Virus record (IMG/VR): IMGVR_UViG_3300026472_000004
DNA from: a virus
Direction: 5' to 3' (one strand)
DNA: 50,660 bases
Shown: positions 45,043-50,660 of the stretch, in pieces
Numbering within the stretch: the stretch's first letter is position 1
How the letters are laid out: each line of letters starts with the position of its first letter
Notes under the pieces: model-generated
Databases searched by the model: none
What the model was told of the DNA's origin: nothing
Seen by the model: the letters and a program-made list of their open reading frames with translations, nothing else
Position numbers and translations under genes: made by a program

Positions 45043-45656
45043 TTAAAGTTCTTAATAACTTTTGTGACAACACCCCAGATTACTAACTCTTGTTCGTTCC
45101 CTGGGAGGATAGGTTTGTATTCAATGTTTTCTGGTTTTAGCCAAACAGCGGGTAAATTTCTGAGATCATTTTCATTATGAAAAATATCAAACAATTCATC
45201 ATGTGACATTCTTTGTGTAATCATCATTCTTTTTACAGTGAAATCATTGTCAATGAATGCGATAACAATATCTTGATGCTGTGAGCGAATGCTTCTATCG
45301 ACAATTAAATAGTCATTTATATCAATTCCAATATCTCTCATCGAAAGAGACTCAACTTGAACAATGAATGTGGCTTCTTTATTTGAAATAAGCAAATCAT
45401 TCATATCTACGGTTTTATCTATGTAATCTTCTGCTGGGGACGGGAAACCTGCAGCAACTTTATTGAGAACAAGCGGAATAGAATATTTAGTAATTGCTTG
45501 AAAAGATGAGATATTGGATATATCAGATAGGCATTTTGATTTAGATGAATATGCTCTGATATCAATAACTTTAGAGTCTTTCAAGTGGGCTAGACTTGCT
45601 TCATTTAGCTTTAACAACTTTGCTTTTGATGAACTGTCATCTAATTTAATATCCAT
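45039..45656 (-). CDS. umuD: UmuD-like S24 peptidase with extended N-terminus (205 aa)
   Basis: AAGFPSPAEDY cleavage-site region (A69-G70), with Ser105 (SLSM) and Lys142 (TVKR) spaced 37 residues apart as in UmuD. Confidence 0.85.
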   Translation of the reverse strand: MDIKLDDSSSKAKLLKLNEASLAHLKDSKVIDIRAYSSKSKCLSDISNISSFQAITKYSIPLVLNKVAAGFPSPAEDYIDKTVDMNDLLISNKEATFIVQVESLSMRDIGIDINDYLIVDRSIRSQHQDIVIAFIDNDFTVKRMMITQRMSHDELFDIFHNENDLRNLPAVWLKPENIEYKPILPGNEQELVIWGVVTKVIKNFK

Positions 45657-45666
45657 AAAAACACCA

Positions 45667-45718
45667 CTTGATTACGTTACGTATTCAAGATTTTAGATTG
45701 TATGGTTTTAAATTTCAA
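45667..45718 (-). promoter_or_regulatory. umuD promoter (TTGAAA-N17-TAAAAT) with 23-bp palindromic operator CTTGATTACGTTACGTATTCAAG
   Basis: Palindrome at 45667-45689 (10 of 11 pairs) directly downstream of the -10 (45690-45695). Confidence 0.6.
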
Positions 45719-45748
45719 ATTTAAAAGCTGTGGATAATCAGTCTTAAT

Positions 45749-46393
45749 TTAAAAAAGGTCACTTTGTTTGGCTACTTCTGATGAGTGGTCACGCGGAAAA
45801 GTGACAAATTCATCACGCATTTCCAAAAAATATTCATGGGCATGCTTATGGTCTGCATTAAACCAGTCATTTCTGTATTCTTCTGGAATGACAATGATTG
45901 AGCGTTTTTCATCTGTAGGTGCATGAAATTGCTTCATAAAAGGGTGGTTGTCAGAATTTATTGTAAGCATTGAAAACGATCTGACTTTTGAATCTTTAAT
46001 TACTGCATCATCATAAATGGCAGCAACTGTAAACGGTTGACCATCTTCTCGCTTGATTGTGTACCAATGAGATTTACCGTCTATATATTTCGGCTCATAG
46101 AATTCTTGAACAGGGACGAGACAAAATTTGCTGTACTTCCATGCGTGTCTAAAACTTGGTTTCTCTGCAACAGTTTCTGTTCGAGCATTATAAGTATAAG
46201 AACTAAACTTAAAATCTTTAGCCCAGCTTGGCAAAAGCCCAAACTTGCCGAAATCCAAATCAAAACCTTTCATGATGATGGGTGCATGATAACCTGGATA
46301 GATGTGTGGCTTAAGATCAAGTTCTAGCTGATCAACTTCGATATCCAGAAGTGATAAGGCTTCTCTTGTTGGAATTTCATAATTTGAGCACAT
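45749..46393 (-). CDS. SOS-response-associated peptidase (SRAP/YedK-like)
   Basis: MCSNY N-terminus with catalytic Cys2, size, and linkage to umuDC. Confidence 0.8.
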   Translation of the reverse strand: MCSNYEIPTREALSLLDIEVDQLELDLKPHIYPGYHAPIIMKGFDLDFGKFGLLPSWAKDFKFSSYTYNARTETVAEKPSFRHAWKYSKFCLVPVQEFYEPKYIDGKSHWYTIKREDGQPFTVAAIYDDAVIKDSKVRSFSMLTINSDNHPFMKQFHAPTDEKRSIIVIPEEYRNDWFNADHKHAHEYFLEMRDEFVTFPRDHSSEVAKQSDLF

Positions 46394-46454
46394 TTTAGAC
46401 TCCAGAATAAGAATGAAAGAATTAATTGAAAATAATATTAATTCTTCATAATTT

Positions 46455-47789
46455 TTATTTAAATGTTACTTCACTTAATGGAATTTCAACAGTACCACAA
46501 GCTTTGAATACATGAGGTAAATGATTTACAAAGTATAATGACAAATTTTGATCATCAAAAGAAAAATCTAAGTCTGATGTGCTATTTTCTTCAACATACG
46601 TTATTAAAATTTCTTTAGCGTCATCTTCAGCATATTTATAGATTAGATATTCTAACTCCTCATTGTAATTTATATCAAAAATATCGTATAAACCAACCTG
46701 TATAATATGTGGATTTAATTTAAAATTTATAGAGTTCATATAATAGTTGGGATGGGGTGATCCAAAAAATTCATATTGTGAAAAACAAATACTTAAATAG
46801 TCTTGATCAAGTCTTTGTATTGTATATCCTGAATCTACTTCAAAAGAGTGATCTAAGCTGCTTTCAATTAAATAATCAATATCCTCCAAGGTGTAAATAC
46901 GAATATCATTAATTATTTTATAACCCAATCTTTGAATAAAAGAGTTTATATATTTTGAGTCGAAATTTGGATTTTCCAAGAAAAATGGAATATTAATATT
47001 GCTATCTATTTTTATACGTTTATCAACTTCAAGAGCTAAAGAAATATTTTGATAAGAAAGTTGATGTTGACTTATATTTTTTTTCCTAAAGATATATGCT
47101 CCACCTTCATCACCTGAAAACTTTAATGCACCATGATCAGGAGTTTGCCTTTTATCTAATGGGAAATTTAATATCGTTTTTTCACAAAATGCACTGAAAC
47201 TTAAATCTTGGAGAATATTATCTTTTAAAGTTAATTGAATTGCTTTATTGAAAGGGCTATTATCATTGGGATCTCCATCACTAACTTTTTCTAAACCACC
47301 AGATGTTAATGCTTGTCTGGATCTATTTTTAGTTAAAGCATTTATACCACCACCCCTAGTTTTATTAAATATAGCTCCAGAAAAACAACTGTCAGATATC
47401 AAAGCAATATTTTTGGCTTTAGAGTGTAAAAAAAATGATAATAGAGTGTTAATATCAAACCACGTAGTAGGATCATCGAAAATACTGTCAGAACATAACC
47501 AATATCCTGTTTTTAAGTGATCATTATATTCTCCATGACCAGCGTAAATAATTAAAAGTGTATCTAATTCTAGAGCATTATAAAATTCTTGATTTAAGCA
47601 CTTATAAATATAAGATAAAGTTGTTTGTTCAGGCTCACTTAGAAGTTGAATTTGTGATTCTTCATATTCAAAGTCATATTCCGAAGTAAGAATACTAAGA
47701 ATACTATTTACATCATTAAGACAGTTACTTAAATTTTGTTGTGGAGCTTTACTATATTTATCTATTGCTATAGCTATTATTTTATTCAT
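46455..47789 (-). CDS. Caspase-like (peptidase C14) protease fused to a DUF4163/DUF3298 (RsiV/PdaC-like) C-terminal domain
   Basis: His85 in IYAGHGE (47535-47537) and Cys135 in SDSCFSG (47385-47387). The C-terminal segment YLSICFSQYEFFGSPHPNYYMNSINFKLNP...LYDIF resembles DUF3298. Confidence 0.7.
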   Translation of the reverse strand: MNKIIAIAIDKYSKAPQQNLSNCLNDVNSILSILTSEYDFEYEESQIQLLSEPEQTTLSYIYKCLNQEFYNALELDTLLIIYAGHGEYNDHLKTGYWLCSDSIFDDPTTWFDINTLLSFFLHSKAKNIALISDSCFSGAIFNKTRGGGINALTKNRSRQALTSGGLEKVSDGDPNDNSPFNKAIQLTLKDNILQDLSFSAFCEKTILNFPLDKRQTPDHGALKFSGDEGGAYIFRKKNISQHQLSYQNISLALEVDKRIKIDSNINIPFFLENPNFDSKYINSFIQRLGYKIINDIRIYTLEDIDYLIESSLDHSFEVDSGYTIQRLDQDYLSICFSQYEFFGSPHPNYYMNSINFKLNPHIIQVGLYDIFDINYNEELEYLIYKYAEDDAKEILITYVEENSTSDLDFSFDDQNLSLYFVNHLPHVFKACGTVEIPLSEVTFK

Positions 47790-47899
47790 ATTAAATCCTA
47801 GGAAAATAAAATTATTAAGTATCGTTAAATAAAAATTTAAGTATTTATTTAAATTAATTCATTAAATTAAATCCAGCAAAAACCCAAAAAATGATAATT

Positions 47900-47908
47900 T
47901 GTTATAAT
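47900..47908 (+). promoter_or_regulatory. Perfect extended -10 (TGTTATAAT)
   Basis: Lies about 220 nt upstream of the nuclease-like gene. Confidence 0.4.
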
Positions 47909-48022
47909 ATAATTATGCTAAGATTTCAATACTTATGTATATATTCTGATTTATATCATTATTTCTATGAGCCACTACAAATGTATGATTTTAATTGGTT
48001 GCTAACTATACTAAATGTTGCA

Positions 48023-48075
48023 GCAAATGGATCTAATGGTAGCGCTAGATCTTTCGGTATAGAAATTCAATTTGC
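48023..48075 (+). other. GC-richer structured element in the AT-rich leader (closing stem plus two hairpins)
   Basis: GCAAAT/ATTTGC closing stem, GATCTA-N10-TAGATC hairpin and TTTC-N6-GAAA hairpin. Confidence 0.3.
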
Positions 48076-48127
48076 ACACATAATTAAATCCATATAATAT
48101 AAATATAATTAAAATAGAGTTGTATAA

Positions 48128-49177
48128 ATGTTTAAAGTTAAAAGAAATCCTCAAAAATTTGAACCTTTCGATTTGTTTTCTACTTTGGTAGAAGAGTTAG
48201 GTTATAACATTAATGATATTGATGTTGTAGAAAAGGTAACAGAGATATTTTCTAACAGCGTAAAAGATGCTAAGTCTAAAGATATTATGCTCCATGGAGC
48301 CAGAAATGAAGGGCTTTTTTCATACATAGTCAGAGGTATGAATTCAGTTAAATTTATTAAAAAAGAAGATGCAGGAGATGCTTATGCTTCAACAACTGAA
48401 GCCATTCAAATACCAGATTATAGAATTATATTAGAGGATGGTTCATTAATATTTGTTGAGGTAAAAAACTGGAATAAAGATTATGATAAAAATTTTAATT
48501 TAGATGTAAAATACGTTGAAAGATTAGAAAATTATTGTAGCTTAAATAAGGGTAAATTATTTATTGCAGTTTATTATAGATGCATAAATAGATGGGTTAT
48601 GCTACAAAGTAATAAGTTTATTAAAGAAAATAAAAGGTTTAAAATTTCACTTGAGAATGCATTAATAAATTCAGAGTTCTCACGTTTAGGAGATTTGAGT
48701 TTTGCATTATATTCACCTTTAGAAATCTATTTTGAGTTTGGTGAGAGTACTACAATTGATAAGATTGAAGGTAATATTTACACTTATAAAGGAAAGATTA
48801 ATAATATAATTATTAAAAGTGGTGATAAAGAAATTAAAGATAATGTTGGTAAAAATATTGTTTTTAATTTAGCTCATTACGGTGAATGGGAAGAAAATTA
48901 TGAGTATATTTTTGAAAAAGATCAACTAATAGGGCTAAAGCTTACATTTAGACCTGAAGATGGATTTTCTGATAATGAAATTGAATTGGGATTTAGGATA
49001 ATTGCACAATACAGTGTAATGTTGACATGTTTTTTTGCTCAAGAAACTATCAAAGAAAATCAAATTATTAAATTGTTATATTCTGGAAAACCAAGAAATG
49101 TAACATCATTTATTCCTCATGATTATAATAATCCAGATCTTCCAATAGCAACAATTAAAATGGTAACTTTAGATTAA
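48128..49177 (+). CDS. PD-(D/E)xK nuclease-like protein with uncharacterised C-terminal domain
   Basis: HGARNEGLF helix, then IPDYRIILEDGSLIFVEVKNW (D97, E111, K113; 48416-48466). Very AT-rich. Confidence 0.65.
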   Translation: MFKVKRNPQKFEPFDLFSTLVEELGYNINDIDVVEKVTEIFSNSVKDAKSKDIMLHGARNEGLFSYIVRGMNSVKFIKKEDAGDAYASTTEAIQIPDYRIILEDGSLIFVEVKNWNKDYDKNFNLDVKYVERLENYCSLNKGKLFIAVYYRCINRWVMLQSNKFIKENKRFKISLENALINSEFSRLGDLSFALYSPLEIYFEFGESTTIDKIEGNIYTYKGKINNIIIKSGDKEIKDNVGKNIVFNLAHYGEWEENYEYIFEKDQLIGLKLTFRPEDGFSDNEIELGFRIIAQYSVMLTCFFAQETIKENQIIKLLYSGKPRNVTSFIPHDYNNPDLPIATIKMVTLD

Positions 49178-49183
49178 GAGCAT

Positions 49184-49209
49184 ATGCCAGTCTTGCTGGC
49201 ATTTTTTTT
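49184..49209 (+). terminator. Rho-independent terminator
   Basis: ATGCCAG-TCTTG-CTGGCAT followed by T8. Confidence 0.8.
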
Positions 49210-49233
49210 CACAGATTGAACCAATCTAATTAT

Positions 49234-50439
49234 TCAAATTTTAGTCAAAGTATTAATTTTATTTAACCATTTTGTGTAAGCTTCAGTTTGTTGAGGTATA
49301 TATTCATAATAATCATATGTGCCTTGTTCACCAGGCATAACATGACCGATCATCAATTCAGCAACATCACGTGAAGTAAAAGCACTGAAATTTGTTCGCG
49401 CGGTTCTTCTAAGATCATGAAGTGTCCAATGCTTCATATGGTAATCATGATGCCTGCGTAATCTTTCCATTACATTCGCAGGTAGTGCGATTGATGCGCC
49501 ATTTCCCATAGGTGTATCAGCATTATCATTTGTCAAAAAGTATTCACTGTTATTGTGTTCCATTGCCTCTTTGATTAAATCTTCCATTTCGGGGAGAATC
49601 GGTCGGACTATTTTACGCCCTGTTTTTTTACCTACTTTATTATTTGCTACTGGTACGATCCAAACTTTACGTTTTAAATCAAAATCACTTTTCTTAGCCT
49701 TTCTTAACTCACCATTACGGCAACCAAACATCAAGCAAAGCTTAAGGAATATTTTATTTTTAGGTAGGATCTTCGACTCTTCTATGGCCATTAGAACCAT
49801 AGTTATTTCTTCATCGGTTAGAATCCGATTGACTCTATTTTTTTCTATTCCTAAATCTTCTTTTGCATAAATATCTGATAGGGCATTCACTTCAAGCAAT
49901 TCACGCTTCTTAGCCCATTTTAAAACTTGTTTGGCATTGGTGAGCACTCTTTCAGCAATTGAGGGTTTTTCTTCTGCTAATTCCTCTAAAATCGCAAGCC
50001 ATTGTTGTAGTGTAATTCGGTCAATAGGAAGATCGCCGATTTCGGGAAATACATGTAACTCGAAAGAGGTCTTAATATCTGCAGCTGAAGTTTTCTTTTT
50101 TAAGCAATAACTTTCATACCAATCTGTAAACACTTCTTTTAGCGTTGTTGCATCAATATATTTTTGCTGTTGTACACGTATTTCAATTTTTGGATTTTGA
50201 CCTTTATCAAGTAGTGCGCGCATTTCATAAGCTTTAGATCGTGCATCTTTAAGTGATAAATGAGGGTAGGACCCTAAATCTAGTCTTTCAGCTTTACCAG
50301 CAAATCTATAGCGTAACTGAAAAACAATTTTGCCCTTAGGAGATACACGGACACTCATTGAGTCTCGATCTGCAACTTCTTCAACTTTATCTCGTACCTT
50401 ACCATTATTGGCTTTAAGCCATGCCTCAGTTAAAGCCAT
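49234..50439 (-). CDS. int: Tyrosine integrase, P4-type (DUF4102 N-terminal domain)
   Basis: N-terminal arm-binding-like domain, HDLRRT and GH...Y catalytic motifs; adjacent to attR. Confidence 0.9.
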   Translation of the reverse strand: MALTEAWLKANNGKVRDKVEEVADRDSMSVRVSPKGKIVFQLRYRFAGKAERLDLGSYPHLSLKDARSKAYEMRALLDKGQNPKIEIRVQQQKYIDATTLKEVFTDWYESYCLKKKTSAADIKTSFELHVFPEIGDLPIDRITLQQWLAILEELAEEKPSIAERVLTNAKQVLKWAKKRELLEVNALSDIYAKEDLGIEKNRVNRILTDEEITMVLMAIEESKILPKNKIFLKLCLMFGCRNGELRKAKKSDFDLKRKVWIVPVANNKVGKKTGRKIVRPILPEMEDLIKEAMEHNNSEYFLTNDNADTPMGNGASIALPANVMERLRRHHDYHMKHWTLHDLRRTARTNFSAFTSRDVAELMIGHVMPGEQGTYDYYEYIPQQTEAYTKWLNKINTLTKI

Positions 50440-50447
50440 AGTCCACC

Positions 50448-50510
50448 TGTGTACATAATTTTAAAAGGCTAATAAAATTCATGATTATGTACACGCATGT
50501 GTACATAATT
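50448..50510. promoter_or_regulatory. Int promoter/arm-type sites: TGTGTACATAATT x2 and palindrome ATTATGTACAC-GCAT-GTGTACATAAT
   Basis: Copies at 50448-50460 and 50498-50510, with an inverted copy at 50484-50494. The motif is shared with 79-89. Confidence 0.5.
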
Positions 50511-50524
50511 AGTGAGACTCATTG

Positions 50525-50621
50525 TGTCCTAATATGTCCTAGTGTGTCTATATGAAATTTGAGGGATATGTTGAAGAATAAAGGCTTTATTATATTTTTT
50601 GTCTTAGTATGTCTTGGTGTG
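50525..50621. repeat. Degenerate 22-nt direct repeat (TGTCYTARTATGTCYTRGTGTG) x2 in the attR arm
   Basis: 50525-50546 and 50600-50621 differ by 4 transitions. Confidence 0.5.
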
Positions 50622-50639
50622 GCTGAATGGCACTAATCC

Positions 50640-50660
50640 TTTTGAACGATTAATGCCATA
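50640..50660. repeat. attR core (direct repeat)
   Basis: Exact copy of 1-21. Confidence 0.85.

Larger units (their letters stand above)
1..50660. mobile_element. Complete integrated lambdoid siphovirus-type prophage (attL to attR)
   Basis: Identical 21-bp direct repeats at both ends. Integrase, CI/Cro switch, replication, Q-like gene, terminase-portal-head-tail (lambda M/L/K/I/J-like) and lysis genes are all present in canonical order. Confidence 0.9.

Noticed and set aside
48023-48075. tRNA-like appearance (AATGGTAGCGC resembles a D-arm)
   Set aside because: The element is only 53 nt long. It has no T-arm (GTTCRANYC), anticodon stem or acceptor/CCA features, so it is not a tRNA. It is kept only as an unexplained structured element.
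47891-48097. 68-aa track ORF in the caspase/nuclease intergenic region
   Set aside because: It has an aromatic-rich, low-complexity translation and no RBS, and its start lies upstream of the only good -10 element. It is probably non-coding, although a shorter product from the Met at 47915 is not formally excluded.
1-50660. Search for reverse transcriptase/retron, CBASS, Thoeris, restriction-modification or toxin-antitoxin gene signatures
   Set aside because: No reverse transcriptase, cyclase, TIR/SIR2, methyltransferase or classical toxin-antitoxin motifs were recognised in any ORF. Absence is judged by eye and should be confirmed with profile searches.

Overview
The window is one complete integrated lambdoid, siphovirus-type prophage bounded by identical 21-bp direct repeats (1-21 and 50640-50660). 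The host is probably an AT-rich gammaproteobacterium such as Acinetobacter; this is inference from the extended UmuD, gene content and composition. Order of modules: attL; an AlpA/Xis-like gene and a leftward early operon with a Sak4-like ATPase (229-4577); small genes downstream of the repressor (4767-6153); a CI-like HTH+S24 repressor (6194-6913) and a Cro-like gene (7034-7276), with PR and PL sharing a 17-bp operator. Next come an O-like replication initiator with internal iterons, a Vsr-like nuclease, and a Q-like antiterminator followed by a promoter and short terminated leader. An AT-rich two-gene insertion (AbiTii-like protein and a Cys4 protein, 10212-12038) follows, then a second Vsr-like paralog, an HExxH protein and TerS/TerL. 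Structural genes run portal, Mu F-like, scaffold, capsid, head-tail genes, tube, G/GT frameshift chaperone, tape measure with an SLT domain, and lambda M/L/K/I/J-like tail tip genes. Several terminator-bounded morons interrupt these modules. The lysis cassette has a holin, a SAR-type GH24 endolysin, and Rz with embedded Rz1. A cargo island (41.4-49.2 kb) precedes a P4-type integrase and attR. The island carries a DdlA-type D-Ala-D-Ala ligase, an orphan 295-aa gene with its own strong promoter, umuDC with a long UmuD and a 23-bp palindromic operator, and an SRAP peptidase. Its last two genes are a very AT-rich divergent pair: a caspase-like protease fused to a DUF3298/RsiV-like domain (46455-47789) and a PD-(D/E)xK nuclease-like protein (48128-49177). 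I rank this pair as the best candidate for an undescribed defence system. The next candidates are the AbiTii-like/Cys4 cassette, the orphan 295-aa gene and the membrane-protein moron at 21439-22496. All homology statements come from motif recognition by eye; no database search was run.
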